DNA of 60,663 bases, filler included. It is 3 parts of 3 records of this genome, joined end to end, with 100 filler letters (N's around TTAATTAATTAA, not from the genome) between each part and the next. Parts side by side here need not be neighbours in the genome. Positions count along the whole stretch, not along the records: positions 30,154 to 60,663 come from SRR2962707_2447; 2 more parts are not named here. The stretch is one strand, 5' to 3'. Under the pieces are notes generated by a model that ran no database searches, was not told the origin of the DNA, and saw only the letters and a list, made by a program, of their open reading frames with translations. Shown here piece by piece: positions 50,834 to 60,262 of the stretch (position 1 is its first letter; every line of letters starts with the position of its first letter). The position numbers and the translations under genes were made by a program.

Positions 50834-53569
50834 TTATCGATCCGAAAGTTCCGGACCTTGCGGTGTCCCGGGCTCAAATTCGATTTTTTTGATCATCTTG
50901 CCGCCGGAGCCCAGAAGGTCTTCGAAGAAGGCAAGCAGTGACGGTTTTTTCTGCGCTGCCTTTTGCGATGCACTCTCCGTTTCGGGCTTCATATCCGCTT
51001 CAGGTGCGGTTTTGGGGCCAAGAACGGCAAGGTCTTCTGTTTTTGTCGCCTTTTGGGCTTTGCCGGATTTCTCGTCGAGGGCCCGCTGGTGTGCGGCTTC
51101 GAGGAAATTAAAGATATCCATCAATGAGCCGAAGCCCTTGCTTTCGCTTTTCTCAGCCATCTGAGAAGGCTTGACTTCGGGGTCGGACGCCAAGGGGACA
51201 GAAGCCACTTCCACGGGTTTGTTTGCTTCCGTGTTTTGGGTTTCTTCTTTGACTTCAGGGATATCTTTCTTCTCAGCAGGAACGGGTTCGACTTCCGAGA
51301 CGTTCCGGAGATCAGCCATTTCATGAAAATCAGTCTGCGGTGTATCAACCGTCAATTTGGCGTTCTCAAAGAACGTCACGACGTTCCCGAAAAAGTTGGA
51401 TATCGGATCATTGCCGGTGGCTGACGCATCGCCAGCAGCCGGTTCCGGCGCCTTGCTGACTTCAATCACCGTGTCCGGCTCCGGTATGGGCATCGCCGGC
51501 ATATCCATTGATACGCTTTTATAGCTCTTCGTTGGTTGAGCCGGGGGAGCGTCCGAAAGAGCTGCCTGGTGGGTATTATCCATGAAGGAAAACAGATCCT
51601 TGAAAAAAGTACCGGCAGTTTTGAAAGGATCGGCTACAGGCTGGTCCGCAGGTGGTGTTTCTGCAATTTCGGTTTCAGCCGTTAGATCCGGGACAACTTC
51701 GGGACTGGACAGATTTTCAGCCACAGCAGCATCAGCTTGAACCTGATTATCTGCCGGAACTGTAAAGTCTTCATACATCAGGGGCGCAGGTGTCGATGCG
51801 ATCCCGGTATCGCTATTTGCCGGTAGGGTCTGCTTGCCTTCAAGCGCGAGCAGAGCCGCAACGTCACCGCTGGCAAATTCGACGTCGTCAGGTGTGACCG
51901 GATCAGCGAAGGCGCCGGCCTCGGTTTTGAAATCGGCAAAGCTGTCATAGCGTGACAGGGGCTCAGGCGGTTGTTTTGGTTTAGCCAGCATGGTCCCGGA
52001 TTGAGACCGGCCGAATGTGTAGATGGTATCGGGCAATTGGCTGACATCCGGGGTAGCGATTTCCAGAAACAGCGCATGCAGGTCATTCACGGAGCGGCCG
52101 TCCGCAACGGTCACATCCGGTTCGATCTCGCCATTGATTTGCCCGGTGGCAGGCGTCACGGGAAGTACAGGTGCTGGGGCAGGTGTTTCTGCTGCTGGTG
52201 CAGAGGGTGGCAATTGCTTCTTCGGCGCCTCGGTGCCTTTTGATAATTTGATGACGTCGTATTCCAACTGACCGGTGGCTGCCAACAGGCCATAGGCGGC
52301 AATCAGAACATCGGTTTCAGCGGAAAAGGCGTCCGATTTAGAGTTGATCAGATTGGTTTCACCGGACAGCACATCAATCAGTGAGCGGCGGCCCAACTGG
52401 CGTTCGTTGCGGGCAAGTTCCAGGAACGCCGCAGCAATATTGGCCTGATTGTTGAGGTGCGAGGCTGTCTGCTTAGCCGTTTCAAGCTGTTGCCAGGAAT
52501 TCTGGACCTGTTCTTCGATATTCCGGCGCGTATCGGCAGCGGTAAAGGTCGTAGCGCTGAGGTCGCTTTCAGATGCTCTCAGCGTGTTGATCGCGGTAAA
52601 TCCGAGATTGAAGTCGAAGGTCATTTCGACCTTGGCTAATGTTTCCTGTTCGGAACCGATCGTGCCGCCGACATTCTTTTTGAACTTGCGTTCAGCCTTG
52701 GCATCGATTTTCGGTGTGAAATTCTCGGCACGGGCCTTACGGACATCTTCAACCGCTATATCTGCTGCGAGAATGGCGTTTTTTAGCGTTGGGTTTGATT
52801 CCAGGGCGATATCCGTTGACTGCACCAGTGTTTGCGGCAGAAAGGACGCCGGAAACGGCACGGATTCAAGATCGTCCAGATTATCCGGCTTGCGTCCGAA
52901 AACGGCCTGGAACCTGTTCAGGGCATTAATCAGGCCGCCTTCACTTTGTGCACGGCGTGCCTGAGCGCCGGCCAGTTGGGTTTTTGCCTGAAGAACATCC
53001 GTGGAAAAGCCGGACCCTAATTCGACAAGAGCCTCTTCAAGGCCCGTCTGGCGGCGAATGTTCTCTTCTGAATCCTTTGCAAAACCAAGGGCTGCATGCG
53101 AGCGGATGACGTTCAGATAAGCGGTAATCGCCTCCAAAATCAGTGATTGCCTTGTTTCGATCAGGTTGTAGCGGGCTTCTTCCACCTGTAGGCGGGCCTT
53201 GTCGACGGTGGCATTTGTGGCGCCGAAGTCCCACAAAAGCTGGGTTAACGAGATATCCCATTCATTGAAGCCGGTGCTGCTATCGCTGCCGTTATCATTC
53301 TGCTGGCGTTCATGTCCGGCGTTCGCCGTCTGGCCGAGTGTTGGATACCACGCTCCGAGAGCCTCACGTGCCCGGTTCCGGGCTGCGGTCAGCCGGGATT
53401 TGGAAGCTCGGACACGGTCATGGTTTTCGATAACGTATGGGAGGAGCGTTTCCAGGTTTTCTGCCTGAGCAGGGGATGTAGCAATGGCACACTGAAGCGT
53501 GACCGCCAACACAAAGGCAGCCGCAACGCGTGCGGTCATGCGAACTGAAAGGCTCCAGTCCTTCATCAA
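50834..53569 (-). CDS. T1SS outer-membrane TolC/LapE protein with a long C-terminal extension
   Basis: Signal peptide, SLTQLLWDFG, LGRRSLIDVL..E, LLAATGQL; about 470 extra acidic/Pro-rich residues. Confidence 0.9.
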   Translation of the reverse strand: MMKDWSLSVRMTARVAAAFVLAVTLQCAIATSPAQAENLETLLPYVIENHDRVRASKSRLTAARNRAREALGAWYPTLGQTANAGHERQQNDNGSDSSTGFNEWDISLTQLLWDFGATNATVDKARLQVEEARYNLIETRQSLILEAITAYLNVIRSHAALGFAKDSEENIRRQTGLEEALVELGSGFSTDVLQAKTQLAGAQARRAQSEGGLINALNRFQAVFGRKPDNLDDLESVPFPASFLPQTLVQSTDIALESNPTLKNAILAADIAVEDVRKARAENFTPKIDAKAERKFKKNVGGTIGSEQETLAKVEMTFDFNLGFTAINTLRASESDLSATTFTAADTRRNIEEQVQNSWQQLETAKQTASHLNNQANIAAAFLELARNERQLGRRSLIDVLSGETNLINSKSDAFSAETDVLIAAYGLLAATGQLEYDVIKLSKGTEAPKKQLPPSAPAAETPAPAPVLPVTPATGQINGEIEPDVTVADGRSVNDLHALFLEIATPDVSQLPDTIYTFGRSQSGTMLAKPKQPPEPLSRYDSFADFKTEAGAFADPVTPDDVEFASGDVAALLALEGKQTLPANSDTGIASTPAPLMYEDFTVPADNQVQADAAVAENLSSPEVVPDLTAETEIAETPPADQPVADPFKTAGTFFKDLFSFMDNTHQAALSDAPPAQPTKSYKSVSMDMPAMPIPEPDTVIEVSKAPEPAAGDASATGNDPISNFFGNVVTFFENAKLTVDTPQTDFHEMADLRNVSEVEPVPAEKKDIPEVKEETQNTEANKPVEVASVPLASDPEVKPSQMAEKSESKGFGSLMDIFNFLEAAHQRALDEKSGKAQKATKTEDLAVLGPKTAPEADMKPETESASQKAAQKKPSLLAFFEDLLGSGGKMIKKIEFEPGTPQGPELSDR

Positions 53570-53714
53570 CTTATCCTACCCCGGTCCATCGATGCATCTT
53601 GGCGGCTGAACCGCTCCGGCCGATGGGTTAGTCTTTTGTTTTTAGTTTGAAATTTTTATCCAATTTCAAACTCACGGTATTAAACCACACATATCCGGCA
53701 GGTAAACAGCAGGC

Positions 53715-53729
53715 TTAAAAAATCCTTAA
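53715..53729. promoter_or_regulatory. CtrA-type box
   Basis: TTAA-AAAATCC-TTAA (TTAA-N7-TTAA) in the divergent tolC / channel-gene promoter region. Confidence 0.5.
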
Positions 53730-53939
53730 TGCCGGACTACGCTGGTATCAAAGCGTGAGAGGGGAATCCATTGCAAGCCTTGATTGAAAGGCTTTACCAA
53801 TAATCACAATCGCATAACAATCTGACAACAAAGCATTGCAATTAGGTGGGTCGAAGTTGTTTTGCATATCTGGTAATCTTTTTCATCATCGATTGATGGG
53901 CTGCGCCGTCAGGCGTTTGTGGCAGGAACGGGGGAAATC

Positions 53940-56873
53940 GTGGAGTTTCTGAAACGGCTGAGCAAAAAACAGCTCTTTGGGCTGATTTTGGCACTGTTGG
54001 TGATCATGACGATCATCGGCTCGATCATTGCCAACTTCACCTATCTGTCGGATGACGAGGATAAAACGGTACGGATCGCCGTCGTTGCCCCGCTGAGCGG
54101 GCCATTGGCGATTAACGGGCAGTCCCTGATCCAGGGGGCCGAACTGTACGCCGAAGGCATTAACGAGGCAGGGGGCATTCGCGGCGGCCGAGTTATCGTC
54201 GATGTTTACGACGATAAGAATGATCCAGACGAAGCGCGCCGCATCGCAGAGGAACTCGGCAACTCATCGACCCTGGCCGTCATCGGTCACTGGAGCGTTA
54301 AAACAACCAGTGCCGCCGCACCTGTTTATCAGAAATACAATCTGCCGATGATCGCACCAGCCCCGGTTGACCGCGACGTGGTAGAGGAGAAGCCCTCCGT
54401 CTTCTCCGGGGTTTTCGACACCAACCATGAAACCGCGTTCGTCGCAAACTACACACGTAACGTGCTTGGACAGAAAACCGCATCAATCATTCACGATCTG
54501 TCGCCACGTGGCCTGAAAATGGCCGATACATTCGAAGAGACCTACAAACGCTTCGGGACGCGTATTCGGTATAAATGGGGTTTCGACAGTGAAAGCCCCG
54601 ATCTTGACGATCGCATTCAGGAAATCGCCGAAGATCTTAAACCGAAACTGGATGTCGGCACCGTCTTCATTGCCGCCGAAGAGGATATTGCAGCCAAGGT
54701 TCTGATCGCCCTGAGGGACATCAAAGCGCGCAATCCGGTCGTCGGCACCTCGATCCTGGCGACACGGGCATTTCAGCAGTCATTGGGCGAGGATAGTGAA
54801 ACGATATCGGGATACACCAATGGTATTGTGACATCGACGCCGCTGCTCTTTGACACCGCAAACGAAGAGGCGCAGGACTTCAACTCCCGTTACCAGAACA
54901 AGTTCGGTTCTTCATCGGACTGGGTCGCAGCCTATGCGTTCGATACGACGCATCTTATTGTCGAGAGTTTCAAGGGCGGGGTAAGAAGCGAAGAGGAGGG
55001 CATTGTCGACGGTGGCCGCCGGATGATCAGGGAAAGGCTGGCCGCGGCTATCGATGTGGAAAACGGCATTCGCGGGATTACCGGCGTTAAGACTTTCACG
55101 ACGCAGGGTGAAGCGAAATCACCGGTCTTCATGGGCCGTTATGATGGCCGCAACATGGTGTCGGCGCTGACGCAGCTGCAGCCGATCAAGGCCGGGGTTG
55201 CCGCCAATTTCATTGAAGAACTGAAAAAAGGCAAAGTTCTCTATGTGAACGACCGGTTCATGTACAAGACAAACGTCGTCTATACCGGTCTGCAGGTAAA
55301 GGAAGTGACGGACCTTGATGTTGAAAAGGGCCAGGTCACGCTCCACTTCCTTTTATGGTTCCGCTACAGCGGCGATTTCAAACCAGAAGACCTGGTCTTC
55401 TCGAACGCGGTCGAGCCGATCGTTCTCGATACGCCGGCGGCTGAACAGATTTCCCGGGGTCTCAATTACAAACTTTATGAGGTTAAGGGGAAATTCAATT
55501 ACAACTTCTCGAAGGTCAAACGGCCTTATGGAACCGTGCTGATCGGTTTCGACTTTGCGCACCGCGTCTTGAACCGCAACAACCTGCAATACGTGACCGA
55601 CGTGCTGGGGATTGGGCTGGCAGGTCAAACGACCTTCCAGAACATTCTTGAGCGTAATCAGGTCATCAGCGAGAAACTCGACTGGGATATTGACCGGGCC
55701 TGGGTCTCGCAGGAAATCGTGCCCGTGGGGACGCGTGGTGATCCGACGTATGTCGGCCATGGGTCCGTCGACCCGCTGTTCTCGCGTATTACCATGGGGA
55801 TATTGACCAGTCCGGCCCGGATCAATGTGCGTGATTTCGTGCCGGAGGAGTACTTCGTCTATCTGACGATCTTCGGTCTTCTGGGGACAATCTTTGCCGT
55901 CATGATGGATCGAAAGAAACATGGCCGTTTCTGGTCGGCGCAGTCCTGGATACTTCGTCTGATGGCATGGCCGGTACTGCTGCTGGCTGGGGGCAGTCTG
56001 CTGCTTGATTTCGCGGTGCAGGAACTGCAGGCCGGTTATGTGGACATGATCGTGCTGGTGTATGACTGCCTGTGGTGGATCGTCCCGGCACGAATTTGCG
56101 GGATCGCCCTCGAGCGGTTCCTGTGGGTGCCGCTGGAACAGCATACCCGGCGTATGGTGCCCAACGTGATCCGCATGTTCGGCTCGTTGAACATCTATAT
56201 TCTGGCCGCTTTCGGCATCATAGCATTCGTGTTCGATCAGAAGATTACCAGCTTGCTGGCAACCTCCGGTCTGTTGGCAATGATCATCGGTCTGGCCATC
56301 CAGGCCAATATCTCGAACGTCTTCTCGGGGATCGCGATCAATATCGAACGTCCGTTCGTGGTCGGCGACTGGGTCAAGATCGGTGAGCTTGAGGAAGGCG
56401 AAGTCGTCGACATCACCTGGCGGACCGTTCGGGTGAAGACGCGAAACGGCTTCACGATATCGGTGCCGAACGGTCAGGCCTCGGAATGGCCAGTGCACAA
56501 CTATACGGCCGGCAAGGTGACACGATTGTCATATAACCTGAATGTCGACCCGGATGTGGATCCGCGCGGTATTGAAGAAGTGCTCATGCGGGCTCTTCTT
56601 AAATCCGAAAACATCGTCAAGGAGCCGAAACCTTCCGTACGCTATAACGGCACGGTCGATGGTTATAACGATTGGGGCGGGCAGTTCTCGATCCAGTACT
56701 GGATTGCCAACTATTCCATGCGAGAGCAGATCGCATCCGATGTCTGGGACAATGTCTGGGATGAGCTTGAAAAAGCCGGTCTTTGCGGCAAGGTCAATAA
56801 GGCAGAATCCGAGAGCGGATCACCTGATACCGGTGCCGAAAATGCCGAACCCCAGGCCCAACCCGCCCAATAG
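53940..56873 (+). CDS. Fusion protein: type-1 periplasmic binding protein + pLGIC-like extracellular domain + MscS channel
   Basis: RIAVVAPLSG...INEAGGIRG...DDKND...VIGHWS (PBP1); VYTGLQVKEVTDLD...F.LWFRY (pLGIC-like); IGLAIQANISNVFSGI..ERPFVVGDWV (MscS). Start is GTG 53940 or 53919. Confidence 0.88.
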   Translation: MEFLKRLSKKQLFGLILALLVIMTIIGSIIANFTYLSDDEDKTVRIAVVAPLSGPLAINGQSLIQGAELYAEGINEAGGIRGGRVIVDVYDDKNDPDEARRIAEELGNSSTLAVIGHWSVKTTSAAAPVYQKYNLPMIAPAPVDRDVVEEKPSVFSGVFDTNHETAFVANYTRNVLGQKTASIIHDLSPRGLKMADTFEETYKRFGTRIRYKWGFDSESPDLDDRIQEIAEDLKPKLDVGTVFIAAEEDIAAKVLIALRDIKARNPVVGTSILATRAFQQSLGEDSETISGYTNGIVTSTPLLFDTANEEAQDFNSRYQNKFGSSSDWVAAYAFDTTHLIVESFKGGVRSEEEGIVDGGRRMIRERLAAAIDVENGIRGITGVKTFTTQGEAKSPVFMGRYDGRNMVSALTQLQPIKAGVAANFIEELKKGKVLYVNDRFMYKTNVVYTGLQVKEVTDLDVEKGQVTLHFLLWFRYSGDFKPEDLVFSNAVEPIVLDTPAAEQISRGLNYKLYEVKGKFNYNFSKVKRPYGTVLIGFDFAHRVLNRNNLQYVTDVLGIGLAGQTTFQNILERNQVISEKLDWDIDRAWVSQEIVPVGTRGDPTYVGHGSVDPLFSRITMGILTSPARINVRDFVPEEYFVYLTIFGLLGTIFAVMMDRKKHGRFWSAQSWILRLMAWPVLLLAGGSLLLDFAVQELQAGYVDMIVLVYDCLWWIVPARICGIALERFLWVPLEQHTRRMVPNVIRMFGSLNIYILAAFGIIAFVFDQKITSLLATSGLLAMIIGLAIQANISNVFSGIAINIERPFVVGDWVKIGELEEGEVVDITWRTVRVKTRNGFTISVPNGQASEWPVHNYTAGKVTRLSYNLNVDPDVDPRGIEEVLMRALLKSENIVKEPKPSVRYNGTVDGYNDWGGQFSIQYWIANYSMREQIASDVWDNVWDELEKAGLCGKVNKAESESGSPDTGAENAEPQAQPAQ

Positions 56874-56903
56874 AAGTCATCCAGAGTAAATCCAGGAAAG
56901 CCG

Positions 56904-57347
56904 ATGTTTCTTGAAATGTTGAATAATGAGCAGCGTGTGTCGTTTCTGACCTTGGCCAGCCGTGTTGCCTTATCTGATGGGGAAGACTCAGCCGAAGAGT
57001 TGCATGCGATTGAAAAGCTGCGCGATGAGATGGGCGTTCAGGCCGAAGTGGATATCAGCAAGGCGCTGGACGAAATTGATGTATCTGCCTTTGACACGCA
57101 CCAGTCCAGGGTGATCGCTGCGTTGGAACTGTTGCGGTTGGCTTATGCAGATGAATATGTCCACGAGGCCGAAATCGCTGAGGTGCGAGATATCTGCGAG
57201 GCCATGGGGTTCCCGGAAGAATGGCTGTCAACCATGGGGCAGTGGGCGACCCGCTTTACCGAGGTTGAAGGCGAGGAAATTGAAGGGGAAATGGCCGAAT
57301 ATCGTGATGCGCTGATCGAGCATGCGCACCAGATGATGGCGGTCTAG
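56904..57347 (+). CDS. TerB-like acidic protein
   Basis: MFL..LN.EQ..FL.LA..VA.SDG..S.EE and LAYAD..VH..E; AGGAAAG RBS; 30 nt after the channel gene. Confidence 0.75.
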   Translation: MFLEMLNNEQRVSFLTLASRVALSDGEDSAEELHAIEKLRDEMGVQAEVDISKALDEIDVSAFDTHQSRVIAALELLRLAYADEYVHEAEIAEVRDICEAMGFPEEWLSTMGQWATRFTEVEGEEIEGEMAEYRDALIEHAHQMMAV

Positions 57348-57375
57348 CGACCACAGGCGCACGATGCATGCGATT

Positions 57376-58227
57376 TCAGTCGATAATTTCCGATACGTAA
57401 ACCGGAAGCGCAAATGCCCCTTTGTGAACCTCGGGCGTGTAATAGCGCGTTTTAAAACCGGCCCTGGCAAAGCGGTCCGATAGCACCGATACATCGACGG
57501 TGCGGAGCGCGGCGTTATCGCTGGCCCACCCGAGGGCCATCGGTCCCCCGACATAGGTTGGAATGGACGCCAGATAACATGATGCATCGGCAAACAGATG
57601 ACGCAGATGCGCAACGGTATTTTTCAACTCATCCGGCTGCATGAAGGGGACACCATTTTGCGTCACCAATATGCCGCCCGGCGACAGGCACTTTTTGGCA
57701 TTGGCATAGAAGGTGTCCTGAAACAGGACTTCACCCGGACCGATCGGGTCCGTGCTGTCGACGATAATGACGTCAAAAGTATCCTGCGTATCCTTCACGA
57801 AGGCGGCACCATCGGCAAAAACCAGATTGGCGCGCGGGTCATCAAAGGCGCCTGCTGAATGGTTCGGCAGATGATCCTTGGATAGTTCAACCACACTTGG
57901 GTCGATCTCGACCATCGTGCAGTGTTCGACATCAGGGTGGCGCAGAACTTCGCGCAGCATGCCGCCGTCACCACCGCCGATAATCATGACCCGTTTGGCT
58001 GCGCCGTGCGCGAAGATCGGCACATGGGAAAGCATTTCGTGGTAGATGAATTCATCGGCTTCGGTCGTCTGGGTGACGCCGTCCAGCATCATCATGCGGC
58101 CAAACACGGGATTCCGGAAGATCACCAGGCGCTGATGATCCGTCATGCTGTCGAAGTTGACTTCGGAACTTAGATAATTTGTTTGCCAGCCGGTGTAGAG
58201 CGTTTCTTTGAAAGAATTATCTGCCAT
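57376..58227 (-). CDS. speE: Spermidine synthase (polyamine aminopropyltransferase)
   Basis: LDGVTQTTEADEFIYHEM, IIGGGDGG, VEID, DVIIVDSTDPIGPG. Confidence 0.96.
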   Translation of the reverse strand: MADNSFKETLYTGWQTNYLSSEVNFDSMTDHQRLVIFRNPVFGRMMMLDGVTQTTEADEFIYHEMLSHVPIFAHGAAKRVMIIGGGDGGMLREVLRHPDVEHCTMVEIDPSVVELSKDHLPNHSAGAFDDPRANLVFADGAAFVKDTQDTFDVIIVDSTDPIGPGEVLFQDTFYANAKKCLSPGGILVTQNGVPFMQPDELKNTVAHLRHLFADASCYLASIPTYVGGPMALGWASDNAALRTVDVSVLSDRFARAGFKTRYYTPEVHKGAFALPVYVSEIID

Positions 58228-58235
58228 CTTTCCGG

Positions 58236-58697
58236 TTACGCGCCACGGCCCCGCATGTGCTCTTCAACGGCAATTCGCTCGGGTGAAAATGCTTCACGCA
58301 GAATTTCAATTGTGGCATGTGGGTTGGCTTCGCCGCACATGAAAACGTCAAGTGCCGCATAACCGCATTCCGGCCATGTATGGATGGAAATGTGGGACTC
58401 TGCCAGCACCGCAACGCCTGAAATACCGCCATTCGGGGTAAAGTGATGCAGATGGATATGCAGCAGTGTCGCGTTGGCAGCATCAACGGCTTTACGAAGT
58501 GCTGTTTCAACGTGTTCCAGTTCATCCAGACGTTCGGCGCCATAGACGTCAATGATCAGATGCGTACCGGCATAGCGGACGCCATCACGAATGATGAAGT
58601 AATCCTTGTCTTCGTCCCCTTCGGAAACGGAAGCCGGTGTTACTTCGTCCAGGACATGAAGTTGAGTCTTAGACAATTCTGTGACCTTTCCCACCAC
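58236..58697 (-). CDS. speD: S-adenosylmethionine decarboxylase proenzyme (class 1b)
   Basis: GTHLIID, HHFTPNGGISGVAVLAE/SHISIHTWPE, DVFMCG. Confidence 0.95.
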   Translation of the reverse strand: MVGKVTELSKTQLHVLDEVTPASVSEGDEDKDYFIIRDGVRYAGTHLIIDVYGAERLDELEHVETALRKAVDAANATLLHIHLHHFTPNGGISGVAVLAESHISIHTWPECGYAALDVFMCGEANPHATIEILREAFSPERIAVEEHMRGRGA

Positions 58698-58957
58698 AAC
58701 GCTGAGGTACCTTGCCTGCAGGCTGTAACAAAATCGAAACCAAGACGCGCGTTGTAATACCTACTAAACCTTGGATGCAAGTGGAATTTTATGACATTCA
58801 TTCGTCAGGCACGGTTTTAACTGTCTTCGGCAAATATTGCACAAATTGCGCCTTTTTTATTATTGATCCAAAGCACAAAAAGCGATAGAAGACCCGAAAT
58901 CATTCGTGGGACCTGTTCCCGCGTTTTTTTGTAACTCGAATTTGCGGAGTTAAGCCA

Positions 58958-59338
58958 ATGTGGGGTATGCATCTCACCGTTGACGTCGCCAACTGCAATG
59001 AGAACCGTTCCGATGCAGCGGCCATTGCACGTTTCGCCAGTGACATGGTTGAGCGGATCAACATGAAAGCCCATGGCGAACCCTGGATCGTCCATTTTGC
59101 CAAGGAAAACCCGCAGGCTGCAGGCTATACGCTGACCCAGCTGATCGAGACCTCGAACATTACCGCACATTTCTGCGATCATACCGGTGAGTGCTATTTC
59201 GACGTCTTTTCGTGCATGGAATTTGATGTCGATGAAGCGCTGAACGTGATTGCCGAGCATTTTGGTTCACGCGATTGGGTTTATAACTGCATCGTTCGTC
59301 AGGCCCCTGAAGCGAAGCAGTTCGCGGCCGCCGAATAA
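58958..59338 (+). CDS. Second, divergent AdoMetDC-fold pyruvoyl-dependent decarboxylase
   Basis: WGMHLTVD..NC, GYTLTQLIETSNITAHF, YFDVFSC; GGAG RBS. Confidence 0.85.
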   Translation: MWGMHLTVDVANCNENRSDAAAIARFASDMVERINMKAHGEPWIVHFAKENPQAAGYTLTQLIETSNITAHFCDHTGECYFDVFSCMEFDVDEALNVIAEHFGSRDWVYNCIVRQAPEAKQFAAAE

Positions 59339-59413
59339 GTCCAAGTATTCCCGTCAAACCGGTGCCTGCAGTCGCGTTGACAGCAGGCGCAGGGCGGATT
59401 ACCAACCACAACC

Positions 59414-60262
59414 ATGAATGACAGTGCACCCGCTCAGAACGGCATGCGCGACAAGCTGCTTTTGCTTGTCGACGGCAAGGTGTTCAACAATGTCATCATC
59501 GGGATAATTGTCCTGAATTCCCTTGTTATCGGGCTTCAGACGTCCGATCGGATTGTTGCGTCGTTTGGGTCGGTTCTTGACGTTCTCGACACGCTCTTTC
59601 TTACGATTTTCGTGATCGAACTGATAATGCGCATGATGGCGTACGGAGCCGGTTTCGTGAAACGCCCCTGGAGCGTCTTTGACTTCATCGTCGTCGGGGT
59701 GGCGTTAACCCCGGGCGCGGAGGCTTTTTCGGTAGTCCGGGCACTACGAATTCTCCGTGCGCTTCGGCTGATATCCCAGGTGCCGACCATGCGGGTTGTT
59801 GTGGAAGCGCTCCTGCGCTCACTCCCAGGGCTCGGATCGACGGCCATTCTGTTGTTGCTGATTTTTTATGTCGGCGGGGTGATGACCACGGTGCTGTTCA
59901 AATCGGCATTTCCGGAATTTTTCGGTGATCTTGGCGCCTCAATCTACAGCCTGTTCCAGATCATGACGCTTGAGAGCTGGTCCATGGGCATCGTTAGACC
60001 GGTTATGGAGACATATCCTTATTCCTGGATGTTCTTTGTGCCGTTCGTCATTATCACGTCCATACTGGTACTGAATCTTGTCGTTGCCATCGTTGTCGAC
60101 AGTATGCAATCGGCTAAGGAAATGATGGCGGAAGAGGGACGGGCCGAACGCGAAGCAGCAGGTGAACCTGCTGAAGCGTCACTTGAAACTCTGCAGATGG
60201 AATTGCGTGCGCTCCGTGATGAAGTCCGCGCTCTAAGGGCTGAACGGGACGAACAATCATGA
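59414..60262 (+). CDS. Bacterial voltage-gated sodium channel (BacNav/NaChBac family)
   Basis: WSVFDF, S4 [12 protein letters not shown], selectivity filter [21 protein letters not shown]-terminal coiled coil. Confidence 0.93.
   Translation: MNDSAPAQNGMRDKLLLLVDGKVFNNVIIGIIVLNSLVIGLQTSDRIVASFGSVLDVLDTLFLTIFVIELIMRMMAYGAGFVKRPWSVFDFIVVGVALTPGAEAFSVVRALRILRALRLISQVPTMRVVVEALLRSLPGLGSTAILLLLIFYVGGVMTTVLFKSAFPEFFGDLGASIYSLFQIMTLESWSMGIVRPVMETYPYSWMFFVPFVIITSILVLNLVVAIVVDSMQSAKEMMAEEGRAEREAAGEPAEASLETLQMELRALRDEVRALRAERDEQS

Noticed and set aside
53353-56498. Long antisense ORFs, such as 55353-56498, 30875-32104 and 23493-24575
   Set aside because: Shadow frames of high-GC coding genes with no recognisable motifs.
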